Position numbers and translations under genes: made by a program
Notes under the pieces: generated by a model
What the model was told of the DNA's origin: nothing
The model's database searches: none
Seen by the model: the letters and a program-made list of their open reading frames with translations, nothing else
Shown here: piece by piece, positions 38,320-52,290 of the stretch
Numbering within the stretch: the first letter of the stretch is position 1
Layout: every line of letters begins with the position of its first letter
Assembly: GCA_964016885.1 (NCBI GenBank)
Contig: OZ024743.1
Location: 329,220,001-329,284,000 of the forward strand
DNA from: Eledone cirrhosa
Lineage: Eukaryota
Direction: 5' to 3'
Length of the DNA: 64,000 nt

Positions 38320-40798
38320 CCCCATGGATAGACAGACAAATGAAAGATACAGCTCACCTTGAGGAACAAATATGGGAAAATATAACAGTTGAACAGTTGC
38401 GTTTGGCTCTTAGAAAAACCAGCAAATGGAAATCCCCAGGAAAAGACAAAATAGAAATTTTTTTGATAAATGCCTTCACAGAGTCTCATGAGCTGTTAGC
38501 CCAACTTTACAATGAAATAGTTAAGGAGCCAGAAAAGATACCATCATGGCTAGTTAACAGCATTACATTCCTGCTTCCGAAGAATGATGAGACAAACAAT
38601 CCCAAAAATTACAGACCGATAACTTGCTTGACCACAATGTATAACATTTTAACATCAGTCCTAACTGAATATACATATGACCGCCTGATAACAAATGACC
38701 TATTTCTCATTGAGCAGAAAGGGTGTAAACGAGGCTCATATGGCTGTAAGGATCAGCTTTTGGTTAACAAAATGATACTGGATGATTGTCATAATAGACA
38801 CAAAAATCTATCAATTGCTTGGATAGATTATAAAAAAGCATTCGATAGTTTGCCACACAGTTGGATTGAAAAATGTTTAAAGATTTTCAAAATATCTCCC
38901 GTTGTCAGGAGGTTTTTGTCATTCAGTATGAAGACATGGAAAACGACACTCCTTTTGAATAGTGAAACAAAATCACTGGAAGCTGGAGAAGTTAATATTA
39001 ATTGTGGAATTTTTCAGGGTGACTCTTTATCACCGCTTTTATTCTGCATCGCACTTATACCATTAAGTAAAATGCTCAATGAAACAAAACATGGATATAA
39101 AGTCTATGACAAAACCATTAATCACATGTTCTACATGGATGACCTGAAACTATTTGCAAAAAATGATGAACAATTGAAAGGGCTATTATCCACTGTGGAG
39201 CAGTTCAGTGATGACATTAAAATGGAGTTTGGACTAGATAAATGCGTCAAAGCAACGTTCACCAGAGGAAAGCTGCTGAAAAGTTCAGACATTAATCTTG
39301 ATCGAGGGAATGTGATAAGAGAACTTGATCAAGAAGAAACTTACAAATATCTAGGTGTTTGTGAAGGAGACGGAATCAAGCACTCGACAATGAGGGAAAG
39401 GATAAGGAAGGAATGTTACCGCAGAGTAAGAGCAATCTTAAGAACGGAATTGAATGCAAGGAATAGGATCGATGCCATAAACACGCTTGCCATACCAGTA
39501 GTAACCTACAGTTACAATGTCATCAACTGGTCAAGCACAGAGATCCGTAGGCTCGATACAAAAATTCGAAAATTCTTAACCATGCACAGAATGCATCACC
39601 CTAAGGCAGATACAGATAGAATATATCTCCCTAGGAAAGAAGGAGGACGTGGGTTAATTCAGTTAGACATTGCGTTGAAAACTGCAACAATTGGATTATC
39701 TACATATCTAAGGGAATCACATGATTGGATGATCAAACTCGTTTTGAAACACGAAAGCATCAAAAGATCATATTCCATTACAAAAGATGCACAAAGATAG
39801 AGTAATGGACTACAAATTTCAGAAGTCCCATTTACTGCTGAAATGGAAAACACAGAAAAAGCAAAGCAGGTAAAAGTAACTGCAAAGAAAGAACTGCTAC
39901 AGAAACTGGCTAAGAAATGGCAAGAACGAGCTAACAATCCTGATGTTGACAAAACTTTAACCCATCAGTGGTTGGCATCCTCTGGACTGAAATCGGAGAC
40001 TGAAGGACTGATTATATCAGCACAAGATCAGTGTCTGCCAACAAAAAATTACCAAGCCAACATAATAAAAATTGGATGCAGCCTATTATGCCGTGTATGC
40101 AAAAAACAACCAGAGACCATTGACCATATCATTTCAATGTGCAGTCCTATAGCTCCAACCGAATACCTAAACAGGCATGGCAGAGCTGCACAATACATAC
40201 ATTGGATAATGTGTAAGCATTTTGACCTGCCCCATCAAAAGAATTGGTGGGAGCATCAACCACCTCCCATACTTGAAAAAGATCACATCTCAATCTTGTG
40301 GAACTTTAGCATCGAAACAGACCGAAAAATAGATGCAAATAGACCTGATATAATATTGAAGAACTTTAAAAAGAGGGTATGCCTGCTAATTGATATGTCC
40401 GTTCCAATAGACAAGAATGTATCTATAAAAACATTTGAAAAATTGAGCAAGTATAAGGACCTGGAGATAGAAATTGGAAAAATGTGGAAATTGAGAACTA
40501 AAACAATACCAGTGGTTGTAGGCGCTCTAGGAATGATACCTAAGGGGTCTAATGATTACTTATCGCAAATCCCAGGAAACCCACGTATAGGAGAAATACA
40601 AAAGATAGTGCTAATGGGAACTGCCCATATACTAAGGAAGATTCTGTCAATATAAGTACATCACAAGTCTAAACACTAAAGATGTATGTGTGAGTATGTA
40701 TGTTCTTTCTTGAACATGGCGGACCTTGTTGTCTCTTGAGGTCACTGGTTGTGACTTGGTGATAACTCGTATGAACATAAAGCAAGATAAATGCAGCT

Positions 40799-40800
<2 letters not shown>
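38320..40800 (+). mobile_element. R4/Dong-type RLE retrotransposon family 2, 5'-truncated, in (AAT)n
   Basis: NYRPITCL, DYKKAFD, GIFQGDSLSP, YMDD, CCHC knuckle, RPDII, PVVVGALG; stop at 39798-39800. Confidence 0.92.
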
Positions 40801-40842
<42 letters not shown>

Positions 40843-40843
<1 letters not shown>

Positions 40844-41700
40844 CTTTCTTTATTAACCACAAGGGTTTACATAAAGTAGACATTAAGGACAGTACAGGAC
40901 AATACAGGACGGTACAAATGGGCATTTCTGCGTGTAAAAAAAAACAGAGGATGTAATAAAAAATAACAATGAAAAATTCCCCAATAGGGGGGAGACTTCC
41001 GAGGGACATTTGTGGAGAAAGCCCATTAAAAAGCTACAGTGACCTTGACCACCAGGGCAAGTGCCCTCTCCCAGTTTACCACCTTTAATTTACAGACAGA
41101 TACTCAGAGTAGGCCCATTCACTCGGGCCATACTTGCTTCTCTCACCCATCTTTCAACAAAATGCTGGGAAGAGAGCTGATTTTCCTTTTCAAATGAAAT
41201 TTGAAACAGTTAATCAGGGCATCACCGAAGAGGTAAGTGCTCGTCTTCAGCCCTTTCAAACGTGTCCACCATACGATCTCTTTCGCCATGGCCACCAGAC
41301 AGATAAAAACTGCCTGCCCTTCCCGGTTAAAGGAAGAGGGCGGGGCAATCCTCACGATGGACTCAGCTGATAGCTGGATCCGTCCTACACGTGACAGCAG
41401 GTGTTCGACATAAATCTACAAGTCAGCAATGCTCGGACACTGGACGAGTGCGTGCAGGACGGTTTCGTCGCCCTGCGTGCATCTCGGACATGCCCGGCTG
41501 ACGGCACCTCCATACCGGTAGAGTTTATCCCGAACTGGCAAAGCTCCTCGGTAGCACTGCCAGGCCAGGGATTTCTGGAAGTTGTCCATAGGCCCCGGCC
41601 CGAAAGTCCTTCCGAAGAGATTGGCTAGTTGATTTTCGTTGACGCCTAGAGTTTCTCCAAGTACATCGTCGCTCTTCCCTTCCACTAATCCTCTATAGAA
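40843..41700 (-). mobile_element. Tx1/L1-type LINE 3' fragment
   Basis: CPRCTQGDETVLHALVQC knuckle; ends aataaagaaagc followed by (ATT)n on the minus strand. Confidence 0.8.
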
Positions 41701-41704
41701 CTAA

Positions 41705-44160
41705 TAATGCTTTCTTTATTAAGCACAAGGGTTTACATAAAGTAGACATTAAGGACAGTACAGGACAATACAGGACGGTACAAATGGGCATTTCTGCGTG
41801 TAAAAAACAAGAAACAGAGGATGTAATAATAGAACAATGAAAAAATTGCCCAATAGGGGGGGGGGGAGACTTCCGAGGGGCATTCGTGGAGAAAGCCCAT
41901 TAAAAAGCCACAGTGACCCTGACCACCAGGGCAAGTGCCCTCTCCCAGTTTTCCACCTTTAATTTACAGACACATACTCAGAGTAGGCCCATTCACTCGG
42001 GCCATTCTTGCTTCTCTCACCCATCTTTCAACAAAATGCTGGGAAGAGAGCACTTCCCTTTCTACCCTGATTTTCCTTTTCATATGAAATTTGAAAAAGT
42101 TAATCAGGGCATCACCGAAGAGGTAAGTGCTCGTCTTCAGCCCTTTCAAACGTGTCCACCATACTATCACTTTCGCCATGGCCACCAGACAGATAAAAAC
42201 TGCCTGCCCTTCCCGGCTAAAGGAAGAGGGCGGGGCAATCCTCACGATGGACTCAGCTGATAGCTGGATCCGTCCTACACGCGACAGCAGTAGTGTAGTG
42301 TGTATCGTTTTGGTTGTTTTGTTTTGTTTGCGTTTGTTGTGGGTTTGTTTCTGTTACGCTTTTTGGTGACTTTTGTGGTGTTGGTGATGGTGGTGTTGGG
42401 GTTAATGATGGTGATGGTGTTGGTGTTTGTGGTGATGGGGTTGGTGATGCTGGTGTGGATGGTGGAAAATCTGTTCTAACTTTTTTGTTTGATAATTTAT
42501 TTGTTTCCCTCTGTATTTTGTCTTTGGAGGGGGAAGGAAGAGATTTTTACTTTTTGGGTTTCTTTTTTTCTTTTTTCCTGATACCGTTTCCCACTCCTCG
42601 TCGTCACAATCTGTCTCCAGTTCCGATAAGCCGGGGAGTGTAAAATCCTCCACAGGCGTTGGTTTTGGTTGTGGCGTAGTGGATGGTGTAGGCGCTGGTG
42701 CTAGTTCTGAGGCGTTGGGTGGTGGTGGTGTTGGTTTTGCTACTGTTGCTGGGGTTGTTGCTGTTACAGTTGCTTCTGTTGTTGCTGCTACAGTTGTTGC
42801 TGTCATTTCTGCTGCTGGTGGTGTTGATGGTTGAGTCACTGGGGTGGGTAAGAGATGTGGCCTCAACCTTTTAGCCTGAGGGCAGAAAGCCCTTAGGTGG
42901 GTTCCTTCACCACAAACGACACACCTAGGCCTTCTGCTCTCGACAATTACGGGGAGGTGGCTGCCGTCAGTGAGGTATATTACCTCTGGGATCTCCTCAA
43001 TACTTTTATGGTCCGCTTGGATCAGGAGCTCCATCCCAGATCCGGACCAGTTCTCCTGCTTTTCTTTCGCTATTTCGATTATCTTGGTGTTGGCCTCGAT
43101 GCCGGCGAGGACGGCAGCCATTAGCCAGGTGATTTCGATGGCCGGTGGAACGTGGGTCACCATGATCTTCACAAGTCTCTGGTCACAATAGCTTGGGACG
43201 AGTGTGAAGTCGTCACTTCTTAATGGGGCCATGGAGTGTTCTCTGGCCTCCTGTGGTGTTTCAAAGAACACGTCCACGGTTCCATATTTCTGCCCACGTC
43301 TGATGTGGGTTTTTTTGCCCACACATGTCCCAAAGCTTTTTGGATTTGGGACTCGGATGCCCGTTCCACTCGGCGCGATTTTATGTTAATTGTCCGATAA
43401 GACACGGTGCATAGGCGACGATGCTCCATTTTATTAGGTGTGTGTGTGTGGGGGGGGGGGGGGGGGGCTGACTCTGAACGCATCTTTCTTTACTATTCCT
43501 TTGGCTTCTTCTAATTCCTCCTGAGTTACCTGGATCGCTTCGCACGTTTTTGCTACTCTGGCAAAACTCAGGGTAGTTTTCTTAATTTCATTGTTGCTGT
43601 TGTTGTTATCGTTATTTTTGTTATTGTTAATTTTAGTTTCAGTTGTGGCGGTGGTGGCGTCAGTGGTGTTCGGTGTGGAAGAGTTCATTTTGGTTGAATT
43701 CATTTCGATATCACGAGTTAATTTATTTTTTCTTTTGTTTCTGTTGTCGCTGTGGTGGTGGCGGGGGTGGCGGCTTTAACACCTGGAGTCATTGGTAATG
43801 GCGGGAAATGAATGTCTGCCTGAGACAAATTTAAAATATTGCTACTGCTTATATTTTTAGTGTTGGCAAACGTAGTAATATTTACAATGGTGGTGTCGGT
43901 GTGAGGTGTTAGTTTGTGAGGAAGGAGTGACTCTGAGTCATCCATGATTTTTCAAAGAAGAATTTTTGTTTGATAATTATAAAAAGTTTAAATTTTGGGC
44001 TCAAGGCCCCAATATTTTTGAGTGTCCTTTTCAGAAATCAATGTATGTGCACTTATATACAGTTAACAATAAAATTTTTCCATAAATGGCAATTTTAAAC
44101 AACTGAAAATAACAAACCTTTGCGGAGCTCACCATGATACGATTTACTACGTAGGCCGCC
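41705..44160 (-). mobile_element. Tx1/L1-type element with ORF1 joined directly to the ORF2 3' end
   Basis: 5' end abuts (ATT)n at 44161; ORF1 at 43945-42402; ORF2 C-terminus resumes at ~42290. Confidence 0.7.
42402..43945 (-). pseudogene. Gag-like ORF1 with CCHC zinc knuckle, frameshifted
   Basis: LSFARVAK, CVVCGEGTHLRAFCP, Pro/Thr-rich linker, WETVSGKKKKR. Confidence 0.75.
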
Positions 44161-44191
<31 letters not shown>

Positions 44192-45640
44192 GTTTTCAGC
44201 AATGATATATGTATGCATTTTGGTATTAGTAAGTGGGGAATCCTTGTGATGAAGAGGGGGTAAATTGAGCAGAAGCAACGGAATCCAGGTACCAACAGGT
44301 GAGATGATAGAGGAAATTGACACTGAAGAAGGATACAAGTATTTGGGTGTTCTGGAGGCTGATGACATCAAGAACAAAAAAATGAAGGAATTGTTAAGAT
44401 CTGAATACATTCGGAGAGTAAGGAGCGTATTAAAGTCACATCTGAACAGTAGGAATGCCATAAGTGCAGTAAATTCCCGAGCTGTGTCTATTATTAGGTA
44501 CAGTGCGGGAATTCTGAAATGGAATGTTGCTGAACAAAAAGAAATGGATAGGAAGACTAGGAAGCTATTGACTATCTACAACATGTTCCACAAGAGGAGT
44601 GATGTCGATAGACTCTACTTAAGGAGATTTGAAGGTGGAAGAGGTCTTATCAGCATAGAGGACAGTGTTCAGATGGAGAAAAACAACCTACACAAATACG
44701 TGACTGATAGTAAGGAGCCAATGCTCAGAATTGTACTGAAGGAGAGGACAATAGACCAGGGGATGTTCAAGGAGGAAATAACAACAAGGAGAAAGAGCAG
44801 CCTTCATGAAAAATCCCTTCATAGTCCCTTCTTTGAGAAAACTGAATTCAGAGATCCACAGACATGGAACTGGTTGAAAAGAGGAGACCTTAAAAGGGCT
44901 ACAGAAGGAATGTTAATGGCTGCGCAAGAGTAGGCCCTCAAAACGAAGTGGTTGAAACACCATATTTACAAGGAGGAGACTAGTCCATTGTGCAGGATCT
45001 GTGGAGAGAGAGAGGAGACTGTGGCTCACATTGTATCCGAGTGTAAACACCTAGCCCAGACTCACTATAAGGGCTGGAAACATGATGTGATGGGCAGGGT
45101 GATCCACTGGCATCTATGCAAAGTAAACAATTTACCACATTCTGAGAAGTGGTATGAGCATAAGCCAGAGTCGGTGATAGAAAACGATCAGGTGAAGGTG
45201 TTGTGGGACTTTAGGATACAGACGGACAAGAAACTAGAACACAATAGACCTGACCTGAGGGTTTTGGACAAGGAAAAAAGATCGTGCCTGATTGGGGATG
45301 TGGCCTGCCCATTCGACACGAGAGTGCAAGAGAAGGAGAGGGAGAAAATTAACCGATACCAGGACTTAAAGTGGGAGGTACAAAGGATTTGGAACTGCCA
45401 TGAAGTCAAAGTGGTCCCGATTGTCATAGGCGCACTAGGTACTATCTCAAAAGGTTTCGAGGGATGGTTAAAGAAAATTGGCCCCGCCACGCTTTTTGGA
45501 ACACTTCAAAAGGCATGCTTGCTGGGAACAACAAGAACCCTCCGATATGTCCTGAATATCTGAGGCTGCAGGTAGTGGCTTGATTTTCATTTCAACAAAC
45601 TTTCCAGTTAAATAACATAAATGACTGAGACTCAAAGAAC
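44192..45640 (+). mobile_element. R4/Dong-type family 1, second 5'-truncated copy, in (AAT)n
   Basis: Closely similar to 36805-38250; stop at 44931-44933. Confidence 0.92.
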
Positions 45641-45667
45641 AATAATAATAATAATAATAATAATAAT

Positions 45668-48228
45668 GCTTTCTTTATTGGCCACAAGGGCTAAGACGAA
45701 GAAAACATTAGAGACGGCACAGAACAGTACAGGACGATACAAAGTGGATTTTGGTCGTGTAAACAGGTTCTAACAAAATTGTGCTAGAAATAAAAAAAAT
45801 TCAAACAACAAAAATTCCCCAAAAAGGGGAAAACCTCCGAGGGTTACTCGTGTCGAAAACCACACAAAAATGTCACGGCCACCCTGACCACCAGGGCAAG
45901 CGCCCTCTCTCAATTTTCCCACTCCTCAGTCTACAGGCGCATACTCAGAGCGGGCCCGTTCACTCGGACCAGACTCGCCACTCTCACCCACCTTTCAACA
46001 AACTTACTAGAAGACAGTACTTGCCTCTCCAACCTGATTTTCCTCTTCAAGTGAAATTTGAAAAAGTTAACCAGGGATTGGCCGAAGAGGAAAGTGTCCG
46101 TCTTCAACCCTTTCAACCTTGTCCACCACACAATCTCTTTCGCTATGGCCACCAGCCAGATGAAAACTGCCTGCCCTTCCTCCTCTTTAAAGGAGGATGG
46201 CGAGGCTATCTGCACAATGAACTCAGTCAATAACCGGATCAGTCCTACACGCGACAGCAACTGTTCGACATAGCTCCACAAGTCAGCAATCCTCGGGCAT
46301 TGAACGAGTGCGTTCAGGACGGTTTCGTCGCCCTGCGCGCATATCGGACAGGTTCGGCTGAAAGCTTATCCCGAACGTGTAGAGCTTATCCCGAACCGAC
46401 AACGCTCCCCGGTAGCAGTGCCAGGCCAGGGATTTCTGGAAGATGTCCATAGGCCCCGGTCTGAAAGTTCTCTTGAAGAGAGCGAACAGCTGATCGTTTT
46501 TGACGCCTAGGGTCTTCCCTAGAACGTCGTCGCTCTTTCCCTCCACTAGCCCTCTATAGAACGCCGAGGTGGATGTTCCACCGAAACTAGTGCCCAGCTG
46601 GTAGAGGGCGATGAGCGCTTGGAAACATTCCAGCTTCCAAGCGCTATCCCTCGGTCTTTCCTGATCCAGGACTGCAGCTCCGTCAAGGAGACGAGCTGGG
46701 AAAAAGCGCGTCTGGCAAACGGTGACCACACCTGTTCACCGTCAAGGAAGCACCAGAGATGTCGCAGCCTCAGCGCATGTTTGCGCATCATCAGCCACGG
46801 CATGCCTAGTCCTCCACTCAACGGGTATTGACAGCAAATGGATCGTCTGACCATGGGAACACGTCTCTTCCACAAAAAGCGGAAGAGAAGGCGCTCCATT
46901 ATGGTCAGAGCTGGGCGGGGTAAGGTACGAGGTCAGGCGGTAGCAGATGACGGACGGTATGTACGCATTCGCCACATCCGCCCGACCTTTCAGAGACAGC
47001 TTCCTCTCAGTCCATTTCTGGGTGAGAGAGGCCACCCTGCTCGGCACCTTGCTCCAGTTTTTCTTCATCTGGAGGTCCAGACCGAATCAGACCCCGAGCA
47101 ATTTAACCGGTCCTTCCGTCCAGCGCCGCACGACGCTGTCGGACGGCATGGACTTGCCTCTCCAGGTGCCAAGTTGCAAGCCCACCGACTTTTCCTGGTT
47201 TATCTTTGCTCCTCTCACCGCTTCGTATTCCTTGAGAGCGGTGCCGAGCATCTGGACGTGTTTGGTGCTCGACACCACCACGGTGACGTCGTCGGCGTAA
47301 GCTGACACGGATCTTCCGCATCCCAGTTCGCGTGGGACCCCCCTTATCGTCTCCAATTTGTGCAGTAAGGCTCTAGGGCCAGTACGTACAAGAGGGACGA
47401 GAGGGGGAAACCCTGGCGGACCGAGCGCATGATGCTGAAAGGCTGCGACAGGTGACCATTCACCCTCACAATCGAGCAGATGTCGCTGTGCATCGCAGCG
47501 ATCCAGCCCCTAAAAAAGGGCCCGAAGCCAGCCGCCTCGAGGACCGCAGCCAGGTACCGATGGTCGACCCTATCAAATGCTTTAGATTGATCCAAGTTGA
47601 TCAGGGCCCCACCCGTGCCAGGTTCTTTAACCACCCTCTCTTTGATGTATCGCATGAGATGGAGATTGTCGAGGATGGATCTGTCCGGAATGGCGCACGC
47701 CTGCACCTCTCCCACCGGATCACCGACGACAAGCGCTATTCTCTTTGCTAATCTTGGCCAAAATTTTAAACTCTGCGTTTAGAGTTATGCGCCACCGCTC
47801 CCCGGCTCACAAAACTGGGAATGCTCCCGTTCTGCTGCCAGCTGCAGTAGACATCTGCCAAGAGGCCGCCGAACATGTCTGGCATATACGCATAAAGCTC
47901 GTAGGGCAGACTATCCAAACCTGGCGATTTACCCCTCGTGCAGTCAGACATGGCTTCCCGTATTTCACCTGTTGTTATCGGCTTTTCGCAGCACTGCGCT
48001 GCGGTCGTCGAGAGCCGCGGCAGTCCGTCGAGGTATGCACCGAAGTCTATACTCCGATCCGGCCCGCCGCCGCTCCCGAACAATTGAGCAAATTACTGTT
48101 GAAAAGCCGCACACACCTCAGGTTCGAGCAACATGCGCCCGCTTTGATCAGGCAAAGACCGAATTGTGGACTTGTTTCCACATCGCGCCGCCACCACCCG
48201 GGCCCATTGAACGGCTTTCGTCCCCTCG
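45668..48228 (-). pseudogene. Tx1/L1-type ORF2 (RT to C-terminus), multiple frameshifts, with 3' UTR
   Basis: KSPGLD, SILDNL, LDQSKAFDRV, SVRQG.PLS, AYADD, VKLLGV, LSLKGR, GGLGMP; 3' end abuts (AAT)n. Confidence 0.88.
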
Positions 48229-48418
48229 TGTAGCATTGTGTTACTCGTGTATATCATTGATTCTATGTTGTATGTGTGTGTGTGTTAGTATGTGAAGGGT
48301 GTCTGTGTGTTAGTATGTTATGGCCGAAGGATGCGTTAAGGCCACCTGTTATAAGCTAAATAAAGTCTGTTTCGCATGAAGAGATTTCCAGGTTAACCCT
48401 GAGTTGAAAATACTAACA
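48229..48418 (+). mobile_element. Possible solo LTR
   Basis: TGTAG...CTAACA ends and internal AATAAA; no target-site duplication seen. Confidence 0.3.
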
Positions 48419-48499
48419 ATACAAGAGCAATTTGTTGAATCATCTCCCCGCACACACGTATACACACAGACTCTCTCTCTCTCTCACACACACGCAGGT

Positions 48500-49012
48500 A
48501 TATATATAGGGAGAGAGGGAGAGAGAGGGGGAGGGAGGGAGATAGAGAGAAGAGGGACGAGTGAGAGAGAGAAAGAGAGAGAGAGAAGAGGGGAGAGTGA
48601 GAGATAGGAAGAGAGAGAGAGAAGAGGAGAGAGAAAGAGAGAGAGAAAGAGAGGGAGAGAAGTGTGAGGAGAGGAATGTCGTTGTGGTGGCAAATAGGAC
48701 GGAGTGTGTCGGCTTCCCGCATTTTCTGGTAATTTTGATGGTGGCTGTGGTGGTGTGGTGGTGTGGTGGTGTGGTGGTGGTGTAGTGGTGTGGTGGTGTT
48801 GTGGTGGTTGTGGTGGTGTTGGTGGTGGTTGTGGTGGTGTTGGTGTGGTGGTGGTGTGGTGGTTTGATAATGATGTTGTTATGTAGTGGTGGTGTGGTGG
48901 TGGTGTGGGGGTGTGGTAGTGTTTGTAGTGGTGTGGTGGTGTGGTGGTGTAGTGGTGTGGTGGTGTGGTGGTCTGGTGGTGTGTTAGTGATGATGGTGGT
49001 GGTGGTGGTGGT
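48500..49012. repeat. (GA)n and (GGT/GGTGT)n low-complexity tracts
   Basis: Direct inspection. Confidence 0.9.
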
Positions 49013-49389
49013 AAGAAGGGAATAAGAGGATGAGATAGAGAGCGTGATAAAGTTCGTATGGATAAGGGTGTTAGCGGTGTTTGTAACCACGATATTGGTG
49101 GCAACGAGGAGAGGGGGAGAAGGACGAGGAGAGGAGGAGAAGGGCGAGGAAGAAGATGATAAAGACGACGGTGATAATGGTCGTCTGAGTGTTTTTGTTT
49201 TTCCAAATGTTTAGTCAGGGAGAGAAAGAGAGTGTGGAAGAAGGGTAAGGTATTCTCACACTGGGGACCTGATTACAGCCATGGCGACACCACCACCAAA
49301 GATACCCGAGGGTAAGATGGGTGTTTTGAACTGGTTGATGGATTGATCATAGCTGAAGTCTAAGTCTGTCTTAAGCTAGAACACTAGAT

Positions 49390-49628
49390 AGGCCGGTGCT
49401 TATCCCGGTTTCATGGCATGAAGCATTGAGTGGACATGACACCACCCTGGACAGGACACCAGTGCATCGCAGGGTTAAACCCCCAGTTATTGCTGGTACT
49501 GATTTTCAGCTGAGTATACTGGAGCAGCGTGTAATGAAGTGTCTTGCTCAAGAACACAACACGCAACGCAGGAATCGAAACCACGAGATTATGATCGTAA
49601 GCCCAATACCCTTACCACTGGGCCACGC
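49390..49628 (-). mobile_element. Second tRNA-headed SINE family
   Basis: Minus strand: gcgtggcccagtggtaag, ggtttcgattcc, gttcttgagcaagacactt; related pieces at 58291-58410 (+) and 58765-58945 (-). Confidence 0.7.
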
Positions 49629-49821
49629 AACAACAACAACAGCAACAACAGCAACAACAACAACAGCAACAACAACAACAACAGCAACAGCAACAACAAC
49701 AGCAGCAGCAACAACGACAACAACAACATGAACCAGAACAAAAAAACAGCAACAACAACAATAACAACAACAACAGCAACAACAGCAACAACATCAATAA
49801 CAATAACAACAACAGCAGCAG

Positions 49822-49895
<74 letters not shown>

Positions 49896-50059
49896 GCAAT
49901 AACAACAGCAACAACAACAACAGCAATAACAACAACAACAACAACAGCAACAACAGCAACAATAATAACAACAACAACAGCAACAACAACAGCAATAACA
50001 ACAACAACAACAGCGAAAAACAACAACAACAGCAATAACAACAAAAACAACAACAACAA
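49629..50059. repeat. (CAA/CAG)n trinucleotide tract
   Basis: Direct inspection. Confidence 0.95.
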
Positions 50060-50358
50060 TCGACTTTGACGTTAATAAACCAAGTATTTATCATATATTT
50101 GAGTTCTTCAAACGAGTTTTTAGTTGTCCATTGATGTCAACAGATAAACATCACATAATAAGAGGATCACTCGCTGTGTTGAAGACTTGAAATACTAACC
50201 AATGATAAACACTGATAGCTATTTATTCATTATGCTATAATTATGACTAATTAATGAGTCACTCTAGCAGTACCACGTCACAGAATCACATTTAGCTATC
50301 CAGTGCAAGGCATTTCTTCACTTAACTTCTGCTACTGATAAAATGACAAGTCAGTCAA

Positions 50359-50600
50359 TCATATTGGTGGCCTCCCCACAGCCCTGGCGGACAGAACAGA
50401 GAAGGCGTTTCCCCGGAGGACGGCAAGGGAGACGCGCTGGAAAAGCCATTCCTGCTCGCGAGGCTCACATCTGTGGCTGGCCAGCTCAGCGCCTATGGTG
50501 GTGAGTAGGGAGGTAAGACCTAGGGCCGAGGACACCAGAAGTCTACACTGCCAAGGGTACAACCGCAAACCTGTCGGAGAGCGACCGGTATTTGAAGAGT
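50359..50600 (-). pseudogene. 3' fragment of a CRE-like RLE retrotransposon
   Basis: EQEWLFQRVSLAVLRGNAFSVL. Confidence 0.6.
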
Positions 50601-50840
50601 TTCGCCTCCTCAGCCCGATGTGCAGCAGAACCTGGGTTAGCTATCATTTAATTACTTTTTTTTTAAATGCCGTCGTTAGTAGGAAACTAGTTTTTATATT
50701 TAGATTCCCACCTTGGGACCACCTTACAGAGACTCCAGCATTTCACTTCGTCTCTTTTCTTTTTCTGTGTTTAGTTGACTAGAAAACCCGTTGTTTTATG
50801 TTACGTTAGGTTTAATTACCACACAGAGGAGTTGTAAAGA

Positions 50841-51101
50841 GACCTTAATTTACAGCACAGCGTGGCCGTCGGAGATCTTGATTTACAGCAACGAGGGGCC
50901 GTTAGTGGACCTTAATTTACAGCACAGAGTGGCCGTCGGAGATCTTGATTTATAGCAACGAGGGGCCGTTAGTGGACCTTAATTTACAGCACAGAGTGGC
51001 CGTTGGAGATCTTGATTTATAGCAACGAGAGGCCGTTAGTGGACCTTAATTTACAGCACAGAGTGGCCGTCCGAGATCTTGATTTACAGCAACGAGGGGC
51101 C
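50841..51101. repeat. 67-bp minisatellite, four copies, each two related ~33-bp halves
   Basis: Unit starts at 50841, 50908, 50975 and 51042. Confidence 0.9.
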
Positions 51102-51694
51102 TTTATTTGAGTGGGTGAGATAATGGCTCTCTTCCGCAATTGGTGATTGGGTGTGTGTGGATAACTTACATTAGATGGGTGGAAAATGTTCTTCAACTGT
51201 ATAAGACCCATTGTTCGAACGTAGTTTATACATATGTATATACCGTGTATAAGACGCAACGGTACAAAACCTACACCACTATTTACATATGTATATACCG
51301 TATATACTAGTGTATAAATCGAATCGCTAAAAAAACCATGCCTTTATATTAGATACAATTTTTTCAATTAAGGTTTTTGATAAGTCTCATGCTGGCATTT
51401 ATGTACTTTTGTAGAAAAAAATGTGAATTTTTAAAGAGTATTTATAATATTTAAAACTATATACACATTTCACAATTGAGGTTTTTTCTAGGAAATGATA
51501 TGAATTATAAACGTGTGTGTATTATATGTAAAAATAGAACTTGTGAAGATAATTGGAAAGGAAGCGATGATTGATGAGGTTATTAAATTTGAAAATTGAA
51601 ATTACTTCGATAAAGTAATGATGATTGTTCGCAACAATTGACTGAGGAAGGATATGAAATAAAACAACACAGAGTCAACCATAGAAACAATAAA

Positions 51695-52290
51695 ACTATA
51701 AAACTTAACTATTAGCAGAAATATAGGAAATGTGAAACTATATGAACCAGTAATCTTAACTATTAGTAAAAATATAGGAAATGTGAAACTATATGATCAA
51801 GAATCTTAACTATTAGCAGAAATATATGAGATGTGAAACTATATCAACCAGTAGTTTTAACTATTCGTAGAAATATATGAAATGTGAAACTATATGACCA
51901 AGAATCTTAACTATTAGGGGAAAAAAATGAAATTTGAAACTATATAATCAGGAATCCTAACTATTGGTAGATAAATATGGAATGTGAAATTAAATGAACC
52001 AGTAATCTTAACTATTATAAGAAATATATGAAATGTGAAAATATATGACCAGTAATCTTAACTATTAGTAGATAAATATGGAATGTGAAATTATATGAAC
52101 AGGAATCTTAACTATTAGCAGAAATATATGAAATGTGAAATTATATGAACCAGTAATCTTAAATATGAGTAAACTAATATGAAATGTGAAACTATACGAA
52201 CAGTAATCTTAACTATTAGCAGAAATATATGAAATGTGAAACTATATGAACAAGAATTTTAACTATTATTAGAAAAATATGAAATGTGAA
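51695..52290. repeat. ~50-bp AT-rich minisatellite, about 12 copies
   Basis: aatcttaactattagcagaaatatatgaaatgtgaaactatatgaaccagt. Confidence 0.9.

Noticed and set aside
48393-50094. Thr-, His-, Leu- or Asn-rich ORFs resembling mucins
   Set aside because: Arise from (GGT)n and (CAA)n tracts; no splice or domain support
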